From: Octopus sinensis
Taxonomy: Eukaryota
Reading direction: 5' to 3'
NCBI RefSeq assembly: GCF_006345805.1
Contig: NC_043018.1
Coordinates: 12,276,001-12,340,000, forward strand
Length of the DNA stretch: 64,000 bases
Of the stretch, positions 22,561 to 35,873 are shown piece by piece. The notes under the pieces were generated by a model. That model was not told the DNA's origin. It saw only the letters and a program-made list of their open reading frames with translations, and made no database searches. Positions within the stretch are counted from its first letter, which is position 1. Each line of letters begins with the position of its first letter. The translations under genes were made by a program, and so were the position numbers.

Positions 22561-25354
22561 GTTTGTGTGTATATGTGTTTATAATACAAACATGGTAGTG
22601 ACATTTGTATCATATACACAAATACAAATCTGACTTTTATTGATATGAGATTTATATCAATATAAATCTTACATTTGTATTCAAAACAGCTGGAAAGCTG
22701 TATGTATGTACTCTGTTTCATGCTTATAGTTTTATTTGGGAAAACAAAAAAAATATTCTGGCTTTGTATGTTCTCTTCTGTTTTTTTTTTTCTTTTTCTC
22801 ATCATTATTTGAATTTTTCCTCTGAGAAAGGAGCTCGTTTTAAACAAAAGATACAAAGCTCCATTATTTGGATGTAGATAAAAACAAATTCACATTTTAA
22901 ACTTGAGAAAAGTCTTGCAAATTTTTACTGTTCCACTTATTGATTGTATTTGCAATGTGCGAATTAGCTGCTTGATTTCTTTTCCTGCAAAGCCTAGCTT
23001 ATCCAGACTGTCACTTAGATAATGCATTGGTGTGTTTATGTCTGTTTGTGTATTAATGTGGTCCTTCATGGTTTTGAACCAGATTCAGATGTTCACTTTC
23101 TTCAATGCACGTTCAATAAAATTAAATACCACTAATATTTTAAGATCGATTCTAAATGGACTCTATTGTCTATAGACACATCATCACTTGATAAAGCAAA
23201 ATCTAAAAGAAAACCAGACAAAGGAAACATAATTGTCTTGTGCTGAGATGAAATTCTTGTTGGTGAAGGAGCCTGGAGTGCCTCCATATGCTAAATTTGT
23301 TGAGAAGTGGGTGAAAATGGTGAATGAATGAATGGGTCCCACTCTCAGTGTGCAGAGACTGGTTTTTAAATATGTCCATCATTGTCTATGGTGAAGAAAG
23401 AAAACTCGTGGATGCAAACTCTTTAAGTTTCTTATTAACAAAGAGTGGTTTCAATGAAGACAAATGGTATTTGTCAGATTAAAAACCACTGCCTTACGTG
23501 GATGGTTCTACTTTAGTGTATTCTATCGCTTTTCTCATTTCATTTGAAATCCGCATCTGTCCCCATGCAATAAACTGCCCTCGCATCTGTCGCCTCCCTT
23601 ACTGCCTGCATATGTTATCGAATTCCAGTATTCACTGTGATATTGACAACAGCTAGATGGCTAAAGTTCCCATCCATGTTCTTTCCTACACTCTCTCTCT
23701 CTCTTTCTTTCTCTCATTTATTTGACAAACCAGCTCTATTTTACTTTCAAATGAATGCAAATAATGGGTCCTGTTTAAATATATATCTTTCATTTTTATG
23801 AGACAAAGTGAGTTAAACACAATTTATCAGGGTTGTGATTTTTAATTTTCCCATTCCTGATATATCTTGAACTGAGACGGGGGAAGGTGTGATATGAGGG
23901 AGATTTGGCTGTTATTTTTGGCAGGTAGAGCGAACATTCCTTCCCATTGACTGGTTCATATTGGATTTGGTGAACTCGAAAGTAGCCCATTCCTTGAAGG
24001 CATTCCTGTCGTGATCAGATAGAGTATCTAAAATCATATTGTATGGTGAGAAGCATTTAGCTGCTATTTTAGACAAGTCAAACGATCAAGAGCTTGATCT
24101 GATTTTGTTGAAGATAATAATCTTTGGTGACCCTAAGATAATCACAACATATTGCCTTTGTGTTACTGATTTCTTCAACACTTCTATGACCGTGACTAGA
24201 TGTTATCACTCACAACCACCGCGCGTGTGTGTGCGGTGATCACTCCATCTTCATAGATGACTGCTGTCTGCTTGTGCTTCCTTGTTGTCAGTAGCATTTC
24301 TGACGCTCTGTCCATGACCTCTCAGATGACTGTTCAGTCTCGTTGCAGACCTGCATGGTACACAATTGTAACTTGCTGTGTGCTCCCAGCTGGTTAGGTC
24401 TACACATATTGCCACTCTTCCAATACCTTATAACTTACAGCAGGTAGACTGATAAATGAAGTCATCATAAACAGAATCTGTACATTACTGAATTACCATG
24501 ATAAATGCTTGTGCAAGAGAAATACCACTCTCTGAGACTTCGCGATTAGTACCTAGTGACCAGTAACCATGTGAAATTGGAGTTTTACATCAGTGTCCCT
24601 TTCCTAGAAGGTTCTTATGACAACAGTTAGGGTCCCTCACTCCCGGTGGGTTTACTTCACGCTCTAACACCAACCATGAGGATTTTTGTCTCAATATGTT
24701 CAAATGAATTGTCATTACATATGCTAATTAACCCATAACTGAGACGCTGTCAGGTGCTATGGAGTTAAATGCAAGTGTTATTCAAATCTTTATAATTACC
24801 TCCGCCAAGGAAGGAGGTTATGTTTTCATTGCTGTTGGTTTGTCTGTCTGTCTGTCTGTGTGCGAAAACCTTCCCAAGTGAAGAATATACCCCACAACAT
24901 AGATTAGTATCAGGGCTAAAGGGATGCCCAGAAGACATATTATGTCAATTTATTTATTTATTTACTAAAATGACAATTACAACAATATACATACATGTAT
25001 AACATTATGCTTTACATATATAATATATAAAGATACCAGTAATTATTAAAATATATAACATAGTGCAATAGAAATTGGGATAATATCTTACAGCTGTTTC
25101 AGCCAAGAGGTAAAACTACCTCATTCTACTTTTATCCCTCCAGTGGACTGAAGTAATTAGTAGATGAAATTGAGGTACTTGGGTGTTTCTCTGGGCTTCG
25201 TCACAGATTTTAGAAAGTACATAAATGTTAAGTTATAAATATAAATACACACACATATATACATACTTATACATATACATAAATATACATAAATGCATAT
25301 ACCTACACTTAAATGTATATACATATTTGCATGTATGTGCATACACAAGAATCA

Positions 25355-25391
<37 letters not shown>

Positions 25392-25898
25392 GATGCATTA
25401 TATTATTCATATTAGATAAAAGAGTTATTTTAGTTATGTAAGAATGAAACTGCATATACATGAGGAACATACATATATATATATATACACACACACACAC
25501 ATATATATACTTCATCTGTAAGTTAAATACCTAGTAGAACCTGAATTTAGTATATTTAATAATCCTCATAAATATTTATTCTATACATACCACCAAACCA
25601 TTCTAAAGTACACTAATTTCACTTGTTTCTTTTTATACCTATTCATTCCAGAATCTACATCTATCAACATAGTACTTATATAACCTGGTGCATATATTAC
25701 AATTTTTATGCATACTTTATTTATCTATTTATTTATTTGTTTCCTAATTATAATACAGAGTATATTATAATTAAGAATATTCACAAATATTTAAAACCCG
25801 TCAATCAAATACATTTTCAGTTCATAGCTTTTAACTTTCAATACTCTTTGCTTTTCTCAAAAGATAAAATGATCACCTAAGTTGCATGAGCTCCATAT

Positions 25899-26019
25899 GA
25901 ACCCTGACGAAGTCCTACCACCATATAGATGGAATGTGGCAACTTTCTTAGCATTAAACAAAATGCTTTGAAATTCCCATCAGCGAGATGATATGGCTGA
26001 AACATATATATATAGGTTT
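25899..26019 (+). ncRNA. Candidate type I hammerhead with an 80-nt insert in stem II
   Basis: Stem I GAACC/GGTTT, CTGACGA (25904-25910), stem II AGTC/GGCT, GAAA (25999-26002), palindromic (AT)n stem III, and an ATA triplet. It lies next to a PLE GIY-YIG remnant. Confidence 0.55.
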
Positions 26020-26664
26020 TCTTTTCCTTTTTTATCTTAATTTATTTTTCTCTAAGTTTTCAAATTATAATCAATCTATTTGTAGTTATTTTTTTTTAAA
26101 TGTCATTATTTTGTAAGATACAAATAAATTAGTAATTACATCTATTTATTCTCCATTTTCTTCCTGTTCCCCCCCCCCTAAATATATATATATCAAAAGG
26201 ATGTGTTATAATACTATTCCATGTATACAAAAGCAGACATCCCAACGATCCAGCATACCTCCATCATCAGCTGCCCCATGGACATCATTATGGTTTTGAC
26301 ACCTGGGCAATACCATTCAATCCGGTGGTGTCAGTAGCACTAAAATAAGTGTTGTTTGGGAACAAACAAACCAAAGAAACCACAACTTTAAAAATACCAT
26401 TAACCCTATGTACAACAATATCGGTAAATAAATTCAATAAGTTAATCTATAACCAATTCCTAAATATGTAACTAAGCAATGACCAAACCTTTAAGTCATA
26501 CAAAAAATAATCCCTACAGTCTTCCGAAGTTTAATATAAAAGGGAAAGCTTAATAACCACATTCAATCAATCTAAATAAAGGCAAGATTAAACACTAAGT
26601 TTAAAATTAAACTACAATATATATATATGCATTAAAATATTATAATTAATAATTGAATTATTTG

Positions 26665-27400
26665 AATGTCTTTCTAAATTTATGGCAACATCATAGAGTG
26701 CTCATTAAAATTCAATAAAATTAATTTAGAAGTAATTATAATACATTACTTCGAAGAAAAGATCACAAGTAGAATTACCAATATTATATGATAGTGCTTA
26801 ACTAATAATAGACCACTTTAAATCATATTTAATATTTTTATCCTTTAAATCCCAAATGCATTTGCTAAGATCAGTAAAATTACATTTCTTCAGATTTAAA
26901 GGAATTTAAAGGAATTAGATTATAAAATCTAGATTTCCAACTATTAGCAGAAGAACCAATATACCAATACTTATGATGTCTAACTATTACTTTGCACTGA
27001 TATACTATATTCTTCTTTAGACACTGATTTCCTAAAGGGCATTGAGTTTGTTTAGACAATTACACATGAATTTGTTCACTTGTAAATTGCCCTCAAAGTT
27101 AAAAAAATTTCTACTAGCAATATAGGCATTAAGGTTGGATTATAATTATTATTATTATTAGTAGTATTACTATTAATAGAAGGTAAAAAACTTACTATAT
27201 TATCAGCGTTTTGATCAGTTATAGAATTTAAACCTTGTTCCAAACGATTATCAATAACGTTAATTTCACTATACATATATCAGTTCTACAATTATTTATA
27301 GATTTAGAATTTAGGCATTCTCTAATTCCCTGTTTATTTTGTGCTGCAATAATCTCAGCTAAATTCCTAGTGCTTGAATATGAAAACTTTAGTGTAAGAA
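26665..27400 (-). mobile_element. Penelope-like element, linker plus GIY-YIG endonuclease remnant
   Basis: LKFSYSSTRNLAEIIAAQNK; MCNCL../QCPLGNQCLKKNIVYQCKV..WYIGSSANSWKSRFYN../TDLSKCIWDLKDKNIKYDLKWSII*ALSY..CDL..CCHKF. This is the PLE CNC..CPL.g.CL..vvY..YIG..fK.Ry..LSkyiW.LK pattern. Confidence 0.9.
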
Positions 27401-28902
27401 GTTAATATGATTACTGTTGATTGATGGTCATTCCATTGATCTAATATGCAGGTCAGGATTACAATGTCCAATGTACAAAATCTTTATTGATCAATATTTT
27501 TTTATCGTGAGTTCATTGACCATTTGAAGCGGTAGGGTGTGATTCTCAGTGGTTTGGTTGTTGTTGTTGTTGTTTTTATGGTGAGGGACCACGTTTGGGG
27601 ATATTCAAAGGGAATCATGCAAATTGTGTTTCTCTTGTGCTTGCTGTTATTGGTGTTCAACTCTCCACTCCATGTAAGGACAGACTGGAGAGACATGATG
27701 AAAGGTGTTCCAGTCATGACCATCCTGTTTTTTTTACTTGGTGTCATGTGCAGTAGAGTCGAATAACTACATTGTAAACTTAGTATGTTGTGTCCCTTAA
27801 GTTCTCTCTCTCTCTCTCTCCCATTCTCCCTCTCTTAATGTTGGGGTGTGCAGATGAGTGTGTGTGTTTATATCTGGATGGGTTTGTGTTTATGTGTGAA
27901 CTGAAATGTATATATAAATGTTTGTGTGTGTGTGCTTATCTTGACAATTTATCTTGACACTCCTTTCCATATGTTTTCTGCTGTTCTTCTTGCTACTGCT
28001 AAAATTGCATTACTTCGTTACCATGGTGACCAAAACACCATCATCTGATTCTCTCTTCCCTTTACCATCGTTATCATCATTGTAGTCAAGGTGTGGTGAT
28101 TGGAAGGATTAACTCTTGCGTAATGCACACATGCATGCATGCATGCATGCGTGTGTGTGTGTGTGTGTGTGCTTGTGTGATGATGCTAATAAATTATGAG
28201 TTGTCATTTAGCCTTCGTAACATGACTTAACTCCTCTCCTCATTACACACACACACACACACACACACACATATGGACAGCCACACTCACACAATCACTC
28301 ATATAGAATTGAATGTCTTCTGCTCATATTTCCAATATAAAGTTGCCTTCATATCGATACCGTAAAGTTACGCTGCGTAAGCATTATGCACTTTTTAAAA
28401 GCATCATATTGAATAAATATGTGTGTACGTGTCTGTGTGTAAATATACATATGTATTTATGTATGTATGTATGTATATATATATATATATATATATATTT
28501 ATGTGTGTATATATGTATGTATGTGTACATAATATATAATTATAAGCCTGTTTGTGGGTGTATATATAGATATATATGCATCCATAATAGATATACATAT
28601 GCATGTCTGCGCATGTGCACGTGCACACACGCACACATGCACTGTCACGTCCACCATTCCAGCTGTTTCATCAGTTATGTGGAAATTGTTAATTGTATCT
28701 ATTATAAGAGTTTCCGTAATTGTGTTGCTGGGAAAAAGATTTTTTTTATTCTATTCATTTTATAAAAAAAAAACCAGCTTTGAATAATCTTCATTTAACA
28801 ACTCCTAATTCTCATTCATTCATGAATCTGTGTTTTGAAGATTGTGTTTGTTTATAAAACCTGACACTCTACACTCTCTCTCCGTCCTGTTTACTTTCCC
28901 AG

Positions 28903-28990
28903 GCTTCTGTTGTTGAGTTTGAGGATGATGTCATCTCTTCGTCTCACATATCAAAATGACAACAGTTAACGCCACTTACACTGTTGCACA
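28903..28990 (+). other. Candidate spliced exon, possibly carrying a start codon
   Basis: CTGAC branch point (28861), long pyrimidine tract, CAG|G acceptor and ACA|GTATGT donor. ATG at 28956 reads MTTVNATYTVA up to the donor. Confidence 0.35.
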
Positions 28991-30846
28991 GTATGTAGTT
29001 GATGCTGGTCTTGTTTGAAGCACATTAATATTTTTGTTGCCTTAGTGATCAATGTAGTCCATGAGTGAAGGCCCTCACTTCTATTCACCAAGCTGGAAGC
29101 AGTGCTTCGGCATCTGCCGCTGCATTTACATATTTATGCACACCTCTGATTTAGTCTCAGGAGAGCCTTCTGATCAAAACATGTTCCAGTCATGACATAA
29201 CCATCGAATCTTTTTAGTGTATCTCCGGCCTACGTTATACAATGTACCTGTTTTTTTTTTTAAGATGGTGGGATGTGATTTGCAAGATATTAGGCTCTTT
29301 ATGTCCAACTGGCCAGGTAGAGTTAGGCCTATAAATGTGTGTGTGAGAGAGAGAGGTAGGGGCATTTATTTAGATGTGTTTATCAGAAAAAGCTGTTAAC
29401 TTCCCTTACGATAAATATATTGCATACACTACACACACACACACACACACACACCACATATTGTATTCCTACTTTACTGTATGGAAAAATGCAATATTGC
29501 TAAGTTGGCAAATCTCTGCCAAGCGTTCATTTACTGGACACTTGTGACACTTGTCATGCCTCGGATGACAGAGAAATTAGTAAAGATGAACTAATTTACT
29601 ATGCAGAAAAGAGATTTTACTATGTTTATAGTTTAATAACCAGGTTTTCAACTAGTTTTACAAATCTCTTCCGCCTGATTCGACTTTGCTTTTCATCTTT
29701 CAGGAATCAATAAAATAATCACCATTAAGTACTGAGCTTCGTATAACTTCATCTCTTATTGACACATTTGTGGTGTTGTATCTATGTCAGAAACCATTAT
29801 GCTAGTTTGTGGCTGTTTCATCCTTCGGTCAACTCAGATGGTTGATCAATGGTGTCTGTCTTGAATGACCCCCTCCCCTACCTTTTTTTTTTGTATGCAC
29901 AGTGTATCTACATTATCTCATGTTAATGTGGGTTTTTTTTAGATAATTTTTGCTTTTATCAAATTTGTGAGAAAAGAACAGGGCCTCCAGCATTGATGTG
30001 AGGGAGATGGGGTGGGAAGTATCTTCCAACTGGAGACATAACCTGAATACTTGCAATGAACATGGACTCCACTAAAGGCACCCGAGGTGTCAAGTGGTTA
30101 TGTTCACCTGTGTAGTAGATTTGCAAGAGATTTGGGGTACTATATGTGGCAGGTTGGAAACCACCTAGAGGCTCACTTGTTCACTTGTAAAATGGTCGAA
30201 TTGTAGAAACAGTTGTTCAAATTCTGCCAAAGTTGACTTTACCTGTTATTCATCTGGATTGATGAACTCTGTTATACATTGGAGTTGATTCCATTTACTT
30301 TTAAATATATGTCTGTTTGTGGAGGTGCATGGCTTAGTGTTTAGGGTGTCAGCATTATTATCGTAAGATTGTGGTTTCAATTCCTGGACCGGGCGACGCG
30401 TTGTGTTCTTGAGCAAAACACTTCATTTCACTTTGATGAAATGAAATGTTTGATACATCAGTCTTGAACCTCCAGGAACCTGAAAGCAAAATGCTCTCCT
30501 CCCTCCCTCTTCCCTTACATCCCTGTGGGATCAGTTGACTGTACTCCTCCTGTACTCCTCCTGTGACTGTGTGTGAGAATGTTGTGAGGTTAAATTCCGT
30601 TTGAACTGACTTTACTTTTCATCCTTTCTAAAATAGGAAAAAAAAAAAGAAATCTATTCAATTACTCGTTCAATTTAATCAACTTTTCCTTCTCACCAAC
30701 TTGTTGATCTTGTAGCCATATTAAATTATTGTTGTTGCTGCAGTTATCATTAACTCTTAATCCATATGTGTCTTTGGATGGAGTAGAAAGAGAAGTAAAT
30801 TGAGAGAGAGAAAGATTGTGTGGGAGTGACAAAGAAACTGTGTAAA

Positions 30847-30883
<37 letters not shown>

Positions 30884-31898
30884 GGAAGATCTAAAGAGAA
30901 ATCCTTGACTGAAAGAAATCATTAAACGTGACTGATGGCATATTAGATTAACAGTGACGAAGACTAAAACCTCAATCCCAGGCTCCATAGAGATTGATGC
31001 CATTTCAGTTTAATAATGGAAAATACTCGTGAATAACATGGAAATGCTGTTGCTGCTGACAGTGGTGATGATGATGATGGTTGCAACATGTTACATATGT
31101 TACTTTTGACTTTCATGTGTCGTTAATTACCATTTTTATAACAACCAAACAAACTTCAAGTTAGCTACAGTCCTACAAAATCATAGATTGGTAAACATCT
31201 GTGTTGGAATTTATGTAATTATTTAGCATCAGCTCAACTCTGATCCAAGTTGTGTGGCCCATTCTGTCTATTTTTCTCTCTCTCTCTTTTGATATTGTGT
31301 ATTTTGGATTGCATGATCCAACATTTTTTTCTTAAGATGTTAAAGAGTGATTTTGAGGGAAATTTGGCTGCCATATCTAATGATTATTGATTTTTGATGG
31401 TTTAAGTTGTTGTTTTTGTTCGGCCCCAGATCAGCCCTAATTCAGTTGAGCTAAGTGTTTCACGTCTTATACTGTTCATTTAAATACATTATAAAAAAAA
31501 ATCAGTGAATTTTGACAAAGCTGGCAAGAGTAAGTTACCTTCTGATGACAGATTATTGGCTGTTGTTTGATGTGGATTCGGCTGTTATTTCTAGCAGATC
31601 AAAAGATTATGTAGAGGCTTGCTCATTTTCTCAGTATGCATTTTAATGTTTGTTAGAGTGGCTACAAGAAAGAGTTTTCATGAAAAGTCATTATTTTTAT
31701 TGTACCTGTCGGCTATTGCTAATTTTGTTCCATAAATAATTCACTAGGAACATCAGAATTTCTCTCTTTTTAATTTCTAGTGAAAGAGAAACATAAAGTG
31801 TGGACATTACATAAATATATTAATAGAGTTTTATGTTTACAAATGCTTTTGTTACTAGTCAAGAAGTGTGAATTGATGTTCCATATGACACTTCGTTT

Positions 31899-31929
<31 letters not shown>

Positions 31930-33449
31930 CATTATTTGCCACTTTTCCTATACTGGCAGGGGTTGGACTGGCCACATATATTAGCAACAGACTCTGCTCT
32001 GTATGACTTAGAGTTTCATGAGGACACAGGAAGCATCTGGATGTCGGTCAGGAGAAAAATGGAAAACAAATTCATGATGGTTTCTAGATTTTAGGCTTCT
32101 ACTGGTCAGCTCAGGTCATGGAGTGCTAATGATGTGGAGGTAAACCAGCTATTTTCTTAGTTCTTAGACCCACATACCCATACAGGATGCTGACACAAAA
32201 ACAGGGCTGAGGCCACTGACCTCCTCAGGTTACTTATCCTGGATACTCTAAAGAACATCCTCCACCCCTCCCACCCCACCCCCCAGCTCTGTATCAACTT
32301 TATTTCCCCAAATTTCAGTTGGCTGATATTGAACTTATTTCCTCTGCTGGTTTTCAGATTGTAAACACCACCAGGAGCTGTTTCTGTCTACATTCACACA
32401 TTGATAGCCCCAGAAAGTTTTTCAGCTCACTAAATTCCGTGTGAGACCCTACCATATATCTATTGTATAAGCAGAAGATTTCCCTGAGGTATTTTCCCTT
32501 TAACCAAATTGTGGAGATTCATAATCAGCATCACTTCTCTCCCTGTCTGTGTCACCATCATCATCATCATCATCACTTAATGATAATTTTCCTGATTAAG
32601 TTTGGATTCTTGAAGTAAAGATAATTCTGATAATATAGTTAACAGTTGTAATATCAGTTATAACAGTGATAATAATCTGGCCTTAACACCTACTTCTGAG
32701 AGGGGGATTAGTACAATCTAATCTTTGTTACAGATAAAGGACAGTAATGAACATGTTTCATTCCGTTAACTCTCAACTACATTTATTTTGTCTCAACTTG
32801 CTGCGGGTTGGAAATTCAATTTTTACAAACAGGAAAAGAATTTGATTTACAAGAATTTCTCAATATTTTCAAAGAGTTAAGATCTATTTTCGTAAACTCT
32901 TTCAAATACTTTTTAAAATCTTTTTGTCTTTTATCTTTCTTTTCAAAAAAGTGAAAAACTGAAGAAAAAAAAGAGTAATTCTTATTTCGGAAATATCTTC
33001 AAGTATTTTATCTATTATCTATTTTTACCTACTCTTCTAAATCCTTATATAATGTAATTTATTCTCTGCACTCATAAAGGAACAAAATTTCTGAAACAGC
33101 TGTCTATGGTTGTAGAGAGAGTACGTACTGAAATTAAATTACCAAAAATAAAGAAAAAGAAATATCTTATTTTGTAATTATTTTACTATGAAAAGTGAAT
33201 GAAAGAACAGCATAGATCTTTCCAGCAAAGTTTCCTTTGCAATGAGTAAATAACAGCCACTGGGAAATTAATTACAGCAGAAAGACTGACCTCTGGGTGG
33301 TTTTCTGCTAATTGCTAAATGATGGTTACACATTCGATTCCCAAGTTTTGTATTTTTTCTGATGTTTCAAATTTTTCTGTGTATCCTTTATTTATTTATT
33401 TAACAGGACTCATTTGCTCAGTAAATATTTCTTGAAATTTTTTGCTGTA

Positions 33450-33569
33450 GCTTATGGCCATATGATGTTGCATGGACTGGTTCCCATCTGATCACCTAAG
33501 TTAAGCAACACCAAGCCTCGTTAGTACTTAGGTGGGTGACTGCTCAAGAAATCTAGGTGCTGTAAGCAT
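33450..33569 (+). pseudogene. Full-length 5S rRNA pseudogene
   Basis: GCTTATGGCCATA...CTGATCACCTAAGTTAAGCAAC...GTTAGTACTTAGGTGGGTGACTGC...GGTGCTGTAAGC is colinear with metazoan 5S over about 120 bp. Many CG>TG/CA changes; single copy. Confidence 0.9.
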
Positions 33570-34202
33570 CTCACATTTTCTAAGGCTGTGAGCTGGCAGA
33601 ATCATTAGCATGCCAGGTAGAATGCTTAGAAGCATTTTGTCAGTCATCACATTCTGAGTTCAAATTCCACCAAGGTCGACTTTGCTTTTCATTCTTTAAG
33701 GCATGATTTATAGATGCCATCAGAAAATCTTGAGAGGTTTCTGTCAAGGGGATAATGGGCTGCACCATTAATGCATGTGGGATTTCTATGTGTATGCACG
33801 CATTAGGAAAATGCCAATAACTTGCATCAAATTTAGCTTATTTGTTATGAATGTTGTTGGTCTCTCCTTCCGAAATGTAGTGAACTGAGGGCAACGAGTT
33901 GGGAAGCTTTAACCAGTGACATTAACCACCACACAATGCATGATTTCTGATTTTCAAAAAAATTGTTTTAATGTATTGGTATTGTCATGATTTCTTGCAC
34001 AACTGCTTCTATCAGCGTCATTGATATCAACATCAGGTCTCATATTAATCATCCTGTATCATGGAGACAGTTGTATTTCAGTTTCCTACATTATCCTTCT
34101 GAAGCCAATTATATTGACAATTAAATCATCTTGCTGAAATATGCAGACAGTTTTATATAAATGCACTCTAATGTTGTTACACCCAAAACTATTGTTTTAC
34201 AA

Positions 34203-34633
34203 CAGTGATTCTCAATCCCTTTTTCCTTATGGACTCCTTTGATTCCTATTTTACTTGGGTGGACCTTCATAACCTGTTGATGTTTAACCCTTTAGCATTT
34301 AATTCTACTTGTTTTATGCTCAAACTAGCCAGAACTGGCCTCTCAAACCTACCCTCTAATGCCACTATAAAAATAAGCAATCACATCATCAAAATCTCAA
34401 AGGTATGAAATAATGCAGGATTAATTCAAAATAATGTGACTAAATGAATATTAAAGTTGACAGGATAATCTCAGTATTAAAGGGTTAAAACATCCCTTTT
34501 TATATATATATATATATATAACTGAATATTCATAGGAATTGTATAAAAAAATTGTTGAAAAATGTGTTCTGTAGAAGTATAATTGATTTTATGGACTCTC
34601 AAGGGTCATATGGACCTCGGTTGAGATACACTG
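34203..34633. mobile_element. hAT (Charlie/MER5-type) MITE
   Basis: TIRs CAGTGATTCTCAA / TTGAGATACACTG and an 8-bp TSD TTTTACAA / GTTTACAA (7 of 8 match). Confidence 0.75.
34288..34484. mobile_element. piggyBac-type MITE family 2, nested in the hAT MITE
   Basis: TTAA|CCCTTTA...TAAAGGG|TTAA. A related decayed copy lies at about 55747-55968. Confidence 0.7.
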
Positions 34634-34876
34634 GTTTACAAGCATAGAGATGGTGGATTGGTAGTGGAGCATTGGATAAAATATTTTGTGGTAATCACCT
34701 CTCTATGTGCTCTGTGTTCAAATCCAGTCCAGGCTCATTTCTGCCTTTAATCTCTTCATAAAGTTGGTAATAGAAGTACTGGTGTGCCATATGGTCAACT
34801 GTAACCGGCATCAAAGTTTGTAGCTACCATTGTTGTTGTTTATTACAGTAGGGTGTTAGCATTAGTAGAGCATTAA

Positions 34877-35083
34877 CCCCTTTGATGCCAACCCGCCTGA
34901 AACTGCCTGTTTTGTTTTCAAAAGTTCTGAATTAAAATCTTCCACCAAACCTTTGTCACAATTTATGTTCCTAACACTAGCTTAATGAATGATAAACTAA
35001 ATTATTTTACTAATTCTTTGTTATATTTACAATTAATTGAAAGACATACAGAGCATCTCAACAGAAATATGGTAACAAACGGG
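34877..35083. mobile_element. piggyBac-type MITE family 1, copy 2
   Basis: TTAA|CCC...GGG|TTAA, body homologous to 3601-3821. Confidence 0.7.
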
Positions 35084-35856
35084 TTAAACCAAATGCTGAG
35101 CAATGCAGTCTTAATTTTATCCTGGGTTTTCGAGTTCAAATATCACCTTTGTTCCTCAGAAACATAGTGGAGTTGTAAAATTTATTGAAGTGGCAGACTA
35201 AGATCTCTTGTATTTAGTTGCATAAACTTTGCTTTTTGAGTTCAAATTCTGTTAATGTTTATTTTAATTTCTCTCATCCCAATTTCGATGAAAGGGCCAG
35301 TCAGTCTAATCAACTATGCCCCCTCCCCCAACATGTGACTTTGTACCATGCTATTGCTAGATGTTGTTTTTATTATCATCTAAGATGGTGTGAGTTGGAA
35401 GAATTGTTAGTCTGCCTGATAAAATGCTAGTGGCATTTTGTCTGTCTTTAATGTTCTGAGTTATAATTCTGCCAAGGTCAACTTTACCATTCATCCCTTA
35501 AGGGTTCATAAATTAAGTACTATATGTGCACTGGGGTCAATGTAATTGACTAGCCCTCTCCTTCAAAGTTTTAGATCTTGTGCCTATAGTAGAAGAGATT
35601 ATTATCAAAGAGAATATCTTAATATATTGTTGATTCATCACTTAAGGTAACGTCTTCAGATTGGCCAGGTGAACACCAATCTTGCACTGTCACCTGTGTT
35701 TCTTCTGGTTGAGAATTAATTGCATTACCTTGCAGCACTGCACTACTCTCCCCCCCCCTCTCTCTCTCTCTCTCTCTCGTCTGCTTTTCTTTTCCCTCTT
35801 TATGTATTACTTGTTCTGTCTGTTTTTGCCTGCCTCTCTCTCTTACATTCTCACAG

Positions 35857-35873
35857 ATAGCAAAGAGGGAATG
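35857..35873 (+). other. Candidate 17-nt micro-exon
   Basis: About 120 nt of AG-free pyrimidine tract with TGC motifs, then CAG|ATAGCAAAGAGGGAATG|GTGAGC. The phase 1-to-0 reading is (D)SKEGM. Confidence 0.5.

Noticed and set aside
24285-24360. Minus-strand CVPC..LNSHLRGH resembling a C2H2 finger
   Set aside because: The C-to-H spacing is too short and the flanks contain stops. At best it is a decayed LINE C-terminus.
28956-28990. Bestrophin-like start (MTTV..TYTVA)
   Set aside because: The spacing differs from the bestrophin MT(I/V)TYT..VA pattern and no downstream bestrophin exons were found.
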